From Candidatus Eiseniibacteriota bacterium (GTDB lineage Bacteria > Eisenbacteria > RBG-16-71-46), in assembly GCA_963725865.1 (NCBI GenBank), contig CAVSAC010000009.1, positions 1 to 64,000 of the forward strand: a DNA stretch of 64,000 nt, read 5' to 3'. Below, piece by piece: positions 1-9,923 of the stretch. The position numbers and the translations under genes were made by a program. The first letter of the stretch is position 1; each line of letters opens with the position of its first letter. Under the pieces are notes generated by a model, which was not told where the DNA came from, made no database searches, and worked only from the letters and a program-made list of their open reading frames with translations.

Positions 1-2
1 AT

Positions 3-27
3 TCATTGAACAATGAGCGGTTGTCAA
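3..27. promoter_or_regulatory. AT-rich palindrome TCATTG-AA-CAATGA (3-16) next to a minus-strand TTGACA (22-27); candidate operator and divergent promoter
   Basis: Perfect 6-2-6 inverted repeat and a consensus -35 hexamer just upstream of an ArsR-type regulator gene; cut off by the window edge. Confidence 0.35.
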
Positions 28-92
28 GAGCCGTGATCGTCGGCTACGGTCGTCCTCCCGCGCGGAGGGCCCGCGCGGCGAGGAGGCACGAG

Positions 93-776
93 ATGGCGAG
101 TCGCTCCCACCGGCCGGCCGCGCCGGCGGCCACTGTGGCGCGCGCCGGGCGCGCGCTGGTGCACACCATGACGTCGCTCGACCAGGTGCGTGCGCTCGCG
201 CACCCACTGCGCCTGCGCCTGCTCGAGCTGTTCGCGGCCGAGCCGCGCACCACCAAGCAGGTGGCGGGCATCCTCGGCGGCAACCCGACGCGGCTCTACC
301 ACCACGTGAACGCGCTCGAGCGGCTGGGCCTGCTGCGGCTGGTGGAGACGCGGCGCAACCGCGGCACGGTCGAGAAGTACTTCCAGGCGGCGGCGCGGCG
401 GTTCGAGGTGGACCGCGGGCTGTTCGCCGGGCGCGAGGGCGCGCCGGCGCTGCAGGGCCTGGCGACCGCGGTGTTCGACCAGGCGCGTGCCGAGCTGGTC
501 GAGGCCGCGCACGCTGAGCTTGCGGGCCCCGACGACACGCCGGTGGCGCTGCGGGCGGCGGTCAGCGCGACGCCGGCGCAGTTCGCCCGGCTCCGCCGCG
601 AGCTGCTGGCTTTCATCCGCCGCTCCGTGAAGCGCATCCGCGCCGGCCGCCCGGCCGACCGCGCGGGCACGCGGCTCTACGCGCTCACGGTCGGGCTGAT
701 GCCGGCGCTGTCGAAGCCGCGCGCGGCGCGCGCGACAGCCTCCGGCGCGAAGCGGCGGACGCGGCGCCGTCGCTGA
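93..776 (+). CDS. ArsR-type winged helix-turn-helix transcriptional regulator
   Basis: ALAHPLRLRLLELF..TTKQVA..LYHHVNALERLGLL..RRNRGTVEKYF; AGGAGG RBS at 81-86 before ATG at 93. Confidence 0.8.
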   Translation: MASRSHRPAAPAATVARAGRALVHTMTSLDQVRALAHPLRLRLLELFAAEPRTTKQVAGILGGNPTRLYHHVNALERLGLLRLVETRRNRGTVEKYFQAAARRFEVDRGLFAGREGAPALQGLATAVFDQARAELVEAAHAELAGPDDTPVALRAAVSATPAQFARLRRELLAFIRRSVKRIRAGRPADRAGTRLYALTVGLMPALSKPRAARATASGAKRRTRRRR

Positions 777-777
777 G

Positions 778-2031
778 TCAGGCGCGCGGCGGCGGGCCGG
801 GGCGCAGCGGCACCAACGGCCCCGGGCCGCCGGGGCGCACGGTGCGCACGATGCGGGGCAGCGCGGCCGCGGCCCACAGCGCCCACGCCAGCATCCAGAA
901 CGCCGCGCTCAGCGCGTAGACGGAGAACAGATGCGCGGGCGCCAGCGCCGCGCCCAGGCGCGTCGCCAGCGCCAGCGCGAGTGCCACCAGCAGCGCCGGG
1001 GTGAGCAGCCGGGTCTCCTCGGCGAAGGCATGGCGGCCGTGGGCCACGGTGACGCGCGAGCCGATGCCGAGGGTGAGCAGTCCATAGCCGCCGATCAGCA
1101 TCACGTGGTACGCGGTGGTCGCCTGCGCCGGCCACAGCGCCGCCAGCCACAGCCCCGCGAGCACGAACCATCCCGACGACCACAGCGCGCGGGCGAGCAC
1201 GCCCTTCTGGCCCGGGCCGCGGAAGATCTTCCACACCAGCAGCAGCATCACGCTGGCGCCCGCCGCGCGCGCCAGCGCGCCGGCGCGTGCCAGGCCCGCG
1301 GCCTCGAGCGCGAACGCTCCGACCAGCGCCAGCGCCACCACCGCGAACAGACGCCGCCGCCCGGCGCGCTCGTGAGGCCGCGCGATGCCGGGGACGCCGA
1401 GCGGGTCGCGGATGCCGGCGAACGTGGGCACCAGCAGCCCTCCGACGCCGAGCACGACCGCGAGCGTCTGGCCGAGCGCGATCAGGCGCTCGCCGTAGCG
1501 CGGCGTCGGCAGCGCCACGCCGAACGCGTCCTGGGCCACCAGCAGCGCCACGCCGGCGAGGCCCAGCAGCAGGCCAAGGCCGACGAAGGCGAACTCCTCG
1601 GGCGGCAGGTGGCGCGACTGGCGGATGCGGCGCGCCAGCGCCCAGCCGATGAGCACGTCGCTGGCGCCGAACGCCAGGTGCGCGGCCCACGCCACCCGGG
1701 CCAGCGCGTACGCGGCGAAGAGGGTCATGAGCGCGAGCGCGGTCGCCAGCTCGCCGCGGGTGCAGCGGCCACCGCGCGTGAACGCGGGCATGGCGGTGAG
1801 CAGGAAGCCGAGGATGAACGACTGCTCGAAGCCCTCGATCATGAGCGACACGTGGAGCGGTCCCGGCCAGACGCCGTGCCCGAATCCGAGCAGCACCCAC
1901 GGCAGCACGCCGCCGAGCGCGAAGGCGGCGCCGAGTGGGAACATCACGCGATAGGGCTCCGGCCACGACGGGGCCGGAGGTCCAGCGGCGCCGGGGCGCA
2001 CGCCGGGTGGGACCGGGAAGGGGGAGGCCAT
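778..2031 (-). CDS. nnrS: NnrS family membrane protein (NO response)
   Basis: EPYRVMFPLG, HVSLMIEGF..ILGFLLTAMPAFT, YHVMLIGG, SRVTVAHG; multi-TM protein at the end of the nos operon. Confidence 0.8.
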   Translation of the reverse strand: MASPFPVPPGVRPGAAGPPAPSWPEPYRVMFPLGAAFALGGVLPWVLLGFGHGVWPGPLHVSLMIEGFEQSFILGFLLTAMPAFTRGGRCTRGELATALALMTLFAAYALARVAWAAHLAFGASDVLIGWALARRIRQSRHLPPEEFAFVGLGLLLGLAGVALLVAQDAFGVALPTPRYGERLIALGQTLAVVLGVGGLLVPTFAGIRDPLGVPGIARPHERAGRRRLFAVVALALVGAFALEAAGLARAGALARAAGASVMLLLVWKIFRGPGQKGVLARALWSSGWFVLAGLWLAALWPAQATTAYHVMLIGGYGLLTLGIGSRVTVAHGRHAFAEETRLLTPALLVALALALATRLGAALAPAHLFSVYALSAAFWMLAWALWAAAALPRIVRTVRPGGPGPLVPLRPGPPPRA

Positions 2032-2040
2032 CGCGCGAGG

Positions 2041-2889
2041 CTACCAGTCCCGGCGCCGGAACACCTGCACCGCGACCGCGAGCGGCACCACGGTCTCGAG
2101 CGCCAGCACCGCCAGGCCGAGCGTCACGCCAGCGCTGGTGCCCGCGGTCTTCATCAGCACCGCCGAGGTGGGGCCGAACAGCGCGCCCGAGCCCACCGCG
2201 AGCGTGACCAGCACGCGGGTGAGGTCCACGGGGTTGAGCAGCAGCGCGGGGAACAGCACGGTCTGCAGCGGCAGCCCGGCGAGCAGCGTCGTGGCGCCCA
2301 GCACCGCGAGGTCGTACGCGACCGCGAGCAGCAGCCACAGCAGCAGCGCCGCCGACATCGCCTTGAGCCGGTCGGGCCACACCACCGCGATGGCGAGCGC
2401 GGCGGCGATGCTGATGGTCGCCCAGCAGCAGCGAGAGCGCGGTGAGCGCGAGGAAGCCCGGCCACTGGTCGGCGCCGGCATCGAGCGCCACCACCACGCC
2501 CCCGATCCCGAAGCCCAGCGCCTGCGCCACCGCGAGCGCCCCGGCGAGGCCCAGGAACTTGCCCGCCAGCACCTCGCCGCGCGAGACCGGCTGGGCCAGC
2601 AGCAGCGGCAGGGTCTCGCCGCCGCCGTGGACGCTCGCCACGCCCAGCAGCAGCCCGGTGAGCGGCACGATCAACAACACCAGGTTCATGAGGCTCAGGG
2701 TCACGCGCGCGAAGCCCTGGAAGCCCACCTCGCGGCTCTGCGCCAGGCCGAAGTACGAGAGCCCCAGCACCAGGGCCGCGAAAAGCACGGTGAAGCCGAA
2801 CAGCCAGCGCGTCTCGAGCGCGCGGCGGTACTCGTCGCGCGGCCACCACGCGCACGCGCGCGAGGCCGATCCCGGGTCACGGGGCTCAT
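2041..2889 (-). CDS. nosY: NosY ABC transporter permease (frameshifted in assembly)
   Basis: [41 protein letters not shown] reconstructed across frames; nos context. Confidence 0.8.
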
Positions 2890-3303
2890 CGATGTCCCTC
2901 CACCAGGTGCGATCCGGTCACGGTGAAGCGGCCGGCGGGCTTGTCGTCGACGAGGAACGCGAAGTCGTCCCCCGGCAGGTCGGCGCTGAACTCCACGGTC
3001 CAGGTGGCGCCCGGCGCGATCGCCGCCGGCGCTGACGCGCGTGCCGTAGCCGGTGAGGGCCAGGCGCACCGGCGCCGCGCCGCGGTTGCGCACCGAGAGC
3101 CGCACGCGCGCGTCCTTCGGGACCACCAGCGGATCTGGCGCGATCGCGCCGTCCCTCACCTCCGCCGCGAGCACGCGCAGCGGCTCGGCGGCGACGACCA
3201 CGACTGCGGGTGCAGCCGCGCGGTGGGGCATGCGCGCGGCGAGCGCCACCGCCAGCGCCGCCACCAGCCCGACCGCGAACAGACGCAGGTAGGCGCGGCT
3301 CAT
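2886..3303 (-). CDS. Exported/membrane-anchored cupredoxin-fold-like protein (one frameshift near 3030)
   Basis: Hydrophobic N-terminus, then [20 protein letters not shown]...[21 protein letters not shown] overlaps with both neighbours. Confidence 0.6.
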
Positions 3304-3735
3304 GGCGTGGCCTCGCGGTCGAGGAACGCCACGAGGCGGTCGACCCGGCCCGCGGTGCGCGCCGCCACGGTGTCGGCCGTGGCCCGGTCGGCGAACGCGG
3401 CGTAGCCACCGCCCATCGGCGTGGGGAAGGAGCCCTTCACGATCCACAGCGAGTCGGCGGCGTGCAGCGCGCGGCTGTCGTAGTCGGCGAGCCAGGCGCG
3501 CGCGGACCTCTCGGCGCGTGCGTCCTTGAGCAGGCACTCGATGGCGTCGTACACGCGCCAGCCGCGCGTGGTCTTCAGCTCGCAGGCGAAGTGCAGGTCC
3601 TCGGCCGCCATGCCGCATCCGGCGCAGGGCGTGCCGCTGGTGATCGGAGGGGCCTGCCTGGCGCCCGCACCCGGCCGGGGCCAGGGCGAGCGCCAGGAGG
3701 AGCAGCGTCGAGCCGAAGGCGTGCGGCACGGTCAC
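3300..3735 (-). CDS. nosL: NosL family copper chaperone lipoprotein (frameshift near 3645)
   Basis: Lipobox-like [29 protein letters not shown]. Confidence 0.8.
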
Positions 3736-4638
3736 GGCCGGCCTCCGCGCACCACGCCCAGGAAGATCTCCTCGAGCGACGGGCGGTGGACCGCGAACGA
3801 GCGCACCGGCACGCCGGCGGCGCGCAGGCGCTCGAGCGCCTCGATGTCGCGGCCGTTGGTGGATTCGAGCGACAGCCGCAGCGGGCTCTCGAGCGACCAC
3901 GCCACGCCCAGTGGGGCCAGTGCCCCGTCGATGCCATCGTGGGGCTGGTGCAGCTCCACCTCCAGCCGCGAGGCGCGCAGCTGGTGGTCGCGCAGGTCGG
4001 CGAGGCGCTCGAGCGCGGCGCGGCGCCCGTCCACCAGGATGAGCACGCGGTCGGCGACGCGCTCGACCTCGGCCAGCAGGTGGGAGCAAAGCAGGATGGT
4101 CTTGCCCTCGCGGCGCAGCGTCTCGAGCAGGGTGCGGAACTCCCAGGTGGCCTCGGGGTCGAGGCTGGCGGTGGGCTCGTCGAGCACCAGCAGCGCCGGA
4201 TCGCCGAGCAGCGCCTGCGCCAGCGAGAGGCGCTGGGTGTAGCCGCCCGAGAGCGTGCTGGCGCGGAGCGACGCGAGCGTCTCGAGCCCGACGCGCGCCA
4301 GCACCGTCGCGACCGCCGCGCGGGGCAGCGCGCGCAGGTCGGCGAAGAAGCCCAGCACCTCGGCGACGGTGCGACTGGGCGCGAACTCGACCCGTTGCGG
4401 GCACGTAGCCGACGTCACGGCGCGCGCGCGGATCGACCGGCGCGAGACGCTCGCGACCGATGCCGATGCGCCCGGCGTCGGGGCGCGCCAGGCCGAGCAG
4501 GAGCTTGAGCGTGGTGGTCTTGCCCGCGCCGTTGGGACCGATGAGCGCGAACGTCTCGCCCGCCTCGACCTCGAACGAGAGCCCGTCCACCGCGGTGAGC
4601 GCACCGTAGCGCTTGACCAGTCCGTCGGCGTGGATCAT
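3732..4638 (-). CDS. nosF: NosF ABC transporter ATP-binding protein (frameshifted)
   Basis: GPNGAGKTT Walker [16 protein letters not shown]; directly downstream of nosD. Confidence 0.85.
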
Positions 4639-6054
4639 GCGCTCCTCCGTGCGCCCACCAGCCCGAGCGCCCCGACGCACGCCAGCGCCGCGAACGCGCC
4701 GAGCGGTCCCCAGGCCGGCACCGCGACGTGCGCGGCGTGGGTGGCGCGGCGCGAGACCCGGGCGCGCTCACGCGCGGGAAGCGGTCCACGATCTCGCTCG
4801 GTCGCAGCGCCGGCAGCACCCGCTCGGCCACGCCGAGCGCGGCGACCGCGGGGCTCTTCGCCAGCAGCGTGAGGTCGGGGTACTGCTTGGACAGGTACGC
4901 GAACGCGCCCACCGGCGAGTAGGGCACGTCGCTCACGCCGTCGCCGTCGAGATCGTAGGCCGCGTCGTCGCTCCAGTAGTTGCCGGTGTGCCCGTCGTCG
5001 AAGGCGTTGTCGCTGCGCCGCATGTCGAGCGCCACCGGGTAGTCGTTGGCGATGAAGGCGTTCCCCGCGAAGACGTTGTGCGCGCACGAGGAGAACAACA
5101 GGATGCCCCAGCCGTTGTCCTGGACCAGGTTCCCGATCATGCGATTGCGGTTGGAGTTGTCCATGAACACCGCGATGGTGTTGTCGACGAGCCGGTTCGC
5201 GACGAAGGTGCCATCGGAGCAGTCGCGCAGCAGCAGGCCGTAGGTACGGGGGCCGCGATTGTGGACGAAGTCGTTGTCCTCGGCCACCAGGTGGTTCGAG
5301 AACATCAGCGCGCAGCCGGCGATGTTGTGCTCGAACACGTTCCCGGTCAGGCGGTTCTCCTGGTTGTACATCGTGTGGAGTCCGTAGCGGCCGTTGTCGT
5401 GGAGCCGATTGTGCTCGACCCGGGCGTGGTCGGCGAACGAGAGGTAGATGGCATCGACGAAGTTCGACGCATCGTTACCGCTCAGCCGGGCGCCGTCGGT
5501 GTACCAGAGGTGGATGCCGTTGCCCTCGCCGTCCTCGTGCAGCGGCGGGGTGCGCCCGCGCAGCCGGCACCGCTCGATCACGAGGCCCGGCGAGCGCTCG
5601 GCGTACACGCCGTAGAGCACGTCGTCCATGCGCACGCGCCGCACCGTCACGCCGCCGGCGCTGGCCACGCGGATGCCGGCGTCGGCGGTGATCGTGCGCG
5701 TGCCGCAATGGCGCAGCGCCAGGTCCTCGAGGAGGGTGCCCGAGGCGACCACCAGCAGCACGGTGCCCTGGCCGCCCCCGTCGATCGTGGCGCCGGGCTC
5801 GCCGCGCAGCGTGACGCGGGTGCGGATCGTGAGCGGCCCGTCGTGGACGCCGCGCGCGAGCAGGAGCGTGTCGCCCGGCTGCGCGCCCTGCAGCGCCCGT
5901 GCCGCCGCGCCCGGGGCCGCGGGGACGCGCACCAGGCGCGGACCCGCGACCAAGAGGACGGGCGTCGCGCCGGCCGTGGTGAGGGCGGCGGCGGCAGGGG
6001 CCGGGCGCCGACCGCGAGCGCGGCGGCGAGCAGCGCGGCGAGGCGGAGGGTCAT
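4635..6054 (-). CDS. nosD: NosD nitrous oxide reductase maturation protein (frameshifted near both ends)
   Basis: Beta-helix repeats, [35 protein letters not shown]. Confidence 0.9.
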
Positions 6055-6671
6055 GGATGCGGCGTCCGCGCCGCGGCGTCGCGCCGGCGCTCGCGCCACT
6101 CGTGGAGCGCGACCAGCGGACCGAGCAGCCACGCCAGCGTGAGCAGCAGCGTGCCGGGCCCCGGGAAGCTCCAGACGTGGAAGTTCGCCATCTTCCGATA
6201 GCCGATCGCCGGGCGGGGTGAACGCGGGCAGCTTGATCGCCGCGCGCGGGTCGAGGTCGTGGCCATAGCGCCACAGCCACTCGAAGTAGTCGCGGAACAT
6301 CACCACCGCGAACGCGGTGAACGCGAGCCAGCCGACGATCGCGATCCAGCGCCGGTTCAGCAGCGCCGCCACCAGCGCCATCACCCCGAAGAAGGTGAGC
6401 AGGCGCGGCAGGTACGAGAACTCGCGGAAATCGGCGGGGGTGATGTGGTGCATCCCGACGTAATGGTTGAGGGTGTTGATCTTGTCCAGGTCGCCGCGGA
6501 TGGTGTCGCTGTAGATCGTGAGCGTCAGCCCTTCGGGGTACTGGGCGCGCGCATCTTCATGTACCAGATCGGCAGCACCGGGAGGAACAGCACCGGCAGC
6601 AGCACCAGCGCCGCGATCAGGATGAGCACGCGGTCCTGGGTGCCGAACCGTCCGGTGAGATAGCGGGTCAT
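6051..6671 (-). CDS. nosB: NosB-type membrane protein of clade II nos clusters (frameshifted)
   Basis: WYMKMRAP(Q)YPEGL...INTLNHYVGM...WLWRYGHDLDPRAAIK; lies between nosZ and nosD. Confidence 0.75.
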
Positions 6672-6688
6672 GGCATCCTCTCCGAGGA

Positions 6689-6714
6689 GGGGCGGCGGCC
6701 GGAGCCGCCGCCCC
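6689..6714 (-). terminator. 11-bp GC stem-loop directly downstream of nosZ (attenuator or mRNA stabiliser)
   Basis: GGGGCGGCGGC-CGGA-GCCGCCGCCCC; no U-tract. Confidence 0.5.
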
Positions 6715-6721
6715 GACGGAC

Positions 6722-8632
6722 TCAGTGACGCAACGCAGCCGCCACGGCGGCGACCTGCGCGGGGTCGGGCCGCTGCACCGCGGCCACGGGAGCTCCCTTG
6801 GGCCGGATCTCGATCAGTCCCTGCATCTCCTGGTGGAGCGCGCTGCAGAAGTTCGAGCAGTAGAAGGGATTGATGCCGACCTTCTCGGCCTTCCAGTGCA
6901 TGGTCTTGGTCTCGCCCGGCTCGATCTGCATGTTGCAGGACGACCACAGGATGCCGAAGCCGTGGGCGATGTCGTCGTCCTGCTCGAGGTTGGTGACGTG
7001 GAAGTACACGTCGTCACCCTCGTTCACGACCACCTTGTCGGGCGTGAAGTGCGTGCGCACCGCGAGCATGTACACGTCCACGCGGTTGCCCTTGCGCTCG
7101 ATGCGCGCGTCCTCGGCGCGCTGGATCGAGCCCGGCTTGTGGTTCTCGGCGAGCGGGTAGACGGTGATCGGCTTGAGCTTCTCGGCGCGGATCATCTGCG
7201 CGTAGTGCGGCTCGAGGTAGGTGGGGAAGTCCTCGAGCAGCGTCATCTTGGGCCCGCGCAGGTCGATCAGCTGGGCCGCCTCCGGATGCGTCGGGCCGAC
7301 GTTGAGGTAGCGGTCCTTCGACAGCTTGTCGAGCGCCACCACGTACTCGCCGGTCGGGTGCCGGGTGTCGCCCTCGGAGGCCATGAGGTGGCCGATCGAG
7401 TAGTACACGTCGATCTTGTCGATCACGTTCCAGGGCGGTCCGACCTTCCACTTCGGCGATCTGCGAGTCGAGGAACAGCGAGGTGTAGGCGTTGCCCTTG
7501 TCGTCGAACTGGGTGTGCAGCGGCCCCAGGCCGACCGGCACCTTGGCCTCGAGGCAGTCCTCGTACTTGAGCACCGGGATGCCGAAGCGGTCGCCGTCGA
7601 ACTTCCTGGCCGCGACCGCGTCCTGGAACTTCTTGTAGCTGAACACCGTGACCTCGGCCTGCAGCTTGCCGGAGGCGCAGATGTACTCGCCGCTCGGGTT
7701 CGACGTCGACGCCGTGCGGGCTCTTGGGGGTGGGGATCAGGTACACCAGGCCGGGCACGTCCTTGGGGTCGAGCACCGGCGCGCCGCCGATGGTGGTCGC
7801 CTTGCCCTCGTCCACCGCCTTCTGCGCCACGCGCCAGTCGACCGCCGCGATGTAGTCCATCTCGTTCTGCGACGCCTTCACCTCGAGCGAGTCGTAGGCC
7901 ATCTCGCTGTTGTAGCAGGTGAAGAACTCCCAGCCCGCGCTCGGACCCTTGCCGGCGTCGGCGAGGTCCCAGTCGAAGGGCGGCATCAGCACCTCGAAGC
8001 CCATCGACATGGTGCCGTCCTTGGGATCCACCTTGATGCCCGCGACGATGCCGCGGAAGTCCTTCGCGTAGTCCTCGATGCGGGCCGCTCGGTTGGGCAC
8101 CGGCACCGAGAACCGCGAGGCCGCGAACACGTATTCGGTGTTCGGGGTCGGGAACGGGCAGGCGTGAGCGGCGGAGAGGTTGGGGATGGGCCCGTAGATC
8201 TGCTTGGTCTTGAAGTCCTTCAGGTCGATGCGGGCGATGCGCGCGCTCACCATGTCGTTGATGAACAGCCAGCGTCCGTCGTAGTCGCCGTCGGTCTCGC
8301 TCAGGCCGGGGTGGTGCGCGTCGCCCCAGGTGCGGCCGCCGAGCATCGCCTTGCTCTCCTCGTCGTAGCCGTAGCCCACCGCCGGCTCGGGGGTGAACAC
8401 CGGGATGGTGGTGATGTGTCGGCACGACGGGAAGCCATAGACGTAGATGTTGCCGTGGTGCCCGCCCGACAGGAACCCGTAGTAGGCGTCGTGCTCGCCC
8501 GGCTTCACGTACACCTTCGAAGCCGCGTCGCCGGCGGCCCCGCCCGACCGGGTGCCGGCGCAGCCCGGCACCTGGGCCAGCAGCCACACGGCCGCCGATC
8601 GCGGCCAGGGCGATCATGGTCCAGCGCTTCAT
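6722..8632 (-). CDS. nosZ: Sec-dependent (clade II) nitrous-oxide reductase (frameshifts near 8595, 7700 and 7455)
   Basis: CuZ His motifs DAHH, AAH, SPHG, PLH, GHL, EPH; CuA HGF...YCSNFCSALHQEM; no twin-arginine signal; DAASKVYVKPGEHD N-terminus. Confidence 0.95.
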   Translation of the reverse strand: MKRWTMIALAAIGGRVAAGPGAGLRRHPVGRGRRRRGFEGVREAGRARRLLRVPVGRAPRQHLRLWLPVVPTHHHHPGVHPRAGGGLRLRRGEQGDARRPHLGRRAPPRPERDRRRLRRTLAVHQRHGERAHRPHRPEGLQDQADLRAHPQPLRRSRLPVPDPEHRIRVRGLAVLGAGAQPSGPHRGLREGLPRHRRGHQGGSQGRHHVDGLRGADAALRLGPRRRRQGSERGLGVLHLLQQRDGLRLARGEGVAERDGLHRGGRLARGAEGGGRGQGDHHRRRAGARPQGRARPGVPDPHPQEPARRRRRTRAASTSAPPASCRPRSRCSATRSSRTRSRPGSSTATASASRCSSTRTASRPRCRSAWGRCTPSSTTRATPTPRCSSTRRSPKWKVGPPWNVIDKIDVYYSIGHLMASEGDTRHPTGEYVVALDKLSKDRYLNVGPTHPEAAQLIDLRGPKMTLLEDFPTYLEPHYAQMIRAEKLKPITVYPLAENHKPGSIQRAEDARIERKGNRVDVYMLAVRTHFTPDKVVVNEGDDVYFHVTNLEQDDDIAHGFGILWSSCNMQIEPGETKTMHWKAEKVGINPFYCSNFCSALHQEMQGLIEIRPKGAPVAAVQRPDPAQVAAVAAALRH

Positions 8633-8666
8633 CGGTCTTCCCCTTCCGTTCCCGCGAGCGGGACGT

Positions 8667-9176
8667 TCACTTCGCCTCTCCAGCTTCGTGATCGGTGTGC
8701 TTGAAGAACTCGAGCACCGCCTTGGCCTCGTCCGGCGTCAGTCCCTGGTTGGGCATCTGCAGCGCGAACTTCGCGTACAGGTCGCGGGCGATCGGGTCCT
8801 GCTTGGTCATCTTGTCGGGGTGGAGGATCTGGCTCTCGATCCAGCGCGCGGTGCGCCGCTGGCTCACGCCCGCCAGGTCGGGGCCGGTGACGCGCTTGCC
8901 GAACGCGTGGCAGGCGGAGCAGCCCTTGGTCTGGAAAAGGCCCTTGCCCTTCTCCACCAGCGCCGCGTCGACCGGCTCGCTGCCGGCGCGCGGGCCCTGG
9001 TCGAGGTCGGCGGGAAGATCGGTCGCGGCGCCGCCGCCGCCCGACGGCGCGCTCGTCGCGGGCGCGCCGCCGGTGCCGGCGCCGGCGCCGGAGTCGGACT
9101 GCTTCGCGCACGAGGTCAGCGCGAGCGCGGCGCAGAGGGTGAGCAGCGAGAGCCCCAGGGGGGCGAGGCGCTTCAT
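8667..9176 (-). CDS. Monoheme cytochrome c lipoprotein (probable NosZ electron donor)
   Basis: Lipobox LTSC, CSACH, TGPDL, distal QMPNQGL. Confidence 0.85.
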   Translation of the reverse strand: MKRLAPLGLSLLTLCAALALTSCAKQSDSGAGAGTGGAPATSAPSGGGGAATDLPADLDQGPRAGSEPVDAALVEKGKGLFQTKGCSACHAFGKRVTGPDLAGVSQRRTARWIESQILHPDKMTKQDPIARDLYAKFALQMPNQGLTPDEAKAVLEFFKHTDHEAGEAK

Positions 9177-9709
9177 GGCGTGTTCCCTTTCGAGCCGGGA
9201 TGCGCATCGCGCGCCGGCGGGGTGGACGTGACGGGGCCCGCGTAGGCCCGGGACAGCCGCTCCATCATCGCGGCGTCCAGCACGCGCTCGGCGATGCTGA
9301 ACACCACGGCCTCCTCCTTGCGGATGTGGATCCGCAGCAGCTCGGCGAGGTCGCGCACCTGCACGGCGAGCTGCTCGTCGCGCGCGTCCGAGGCCGGGCG
9401 CGACGCCAGGTCGCGCAGCGCCGTCAGCATCAGGCGCAGCTCGTCGTGCTCGGCGCTGAGCGGGGCGAGGTTCGCGCGCGTCTCGGGCAGCGCGCCGGCG
9501 AGCCGCGGATAGAGCTCGCCCTCCTCGAGCTGCATGTGGGTCGCGAACTGGCGCTCGAGCAGCTCGAGCAGCGCCCGCAGCCCGCTCTCCACCTCGGGCT
9601 CGAGCCGGTGGGACTGGCCCACGTCGATGACCGAGGCCTCGATCACCGCGACCTCGGCCAGGACGCGCCGATGATCGCCCCGCAGCCGCTCGAACACGCC
9701 CTCGGTCAT
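9173..9709 (-). CDS. Hemerythrin domain protein
   Basis: DH...HMQLEE.ELYP...EHDEL...HIRKEE..VF di-iron motif; GGAGG RBS. Confidence 0.85.
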   Translation of the reverse strand: MTEGVFERLRGDHRRVLAEVAVIEASVIDVGQSHRLEPEVESGLRALLELLERQFATHMQLEEGELYPRLAGALPETRANLAPLSAEHDELRLMLTALRDLASRPASDARDEQLAVQVRDLAELLRIHIRKEEAVVFSIAERVLDAAMMERLSRAYAGPVTSTPPARDAHPGSKGNTP

Positions 9710-9783
9710 CGGAGCCTCCGCGCGGGCGGCCCCCATGGCCGGCCCCGCGAAGACAGCATCGCCCGCCCGGGGCCCCGGCCGTG

Positions 9784-9797
9784 ATGACGGGGGTCAG
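9784..9797. promoter_or_regulatory. Crp/Fnr-type box, secondary copy (ATGAC-GGGG-GTCAG)
   Basis: TGA-N6-TCA core about 75 bp upstream of the first nos-operon gene. Confidence 0.55.
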
Positions 9798-9877
9798 GAC
9801 CTCGGACGATTTCCGGCGCGCGGTCCGACGGCGGAAGTGCTACAACTGGGCGGGCTTGGGCCTATGGGTCGCGGTGG

Positions 9878-9899
9878 GGATATGACGCCTGTCATATCC
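9878..9899. promoter_or_regulatory. Crp/Fnr-type box, perfect palindrome GGATATGAC-GCCT-GTCATATCC
   Basis: Perfect 9-4-9 inverted repeat with TGA-N6-TCA spacing, just upstream of the Crp/Fnr gene. Confidence 0.7.
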
Positions 9900-9923
9900 G
9901 GCCGGGACAGGTGGGGAGGGACG

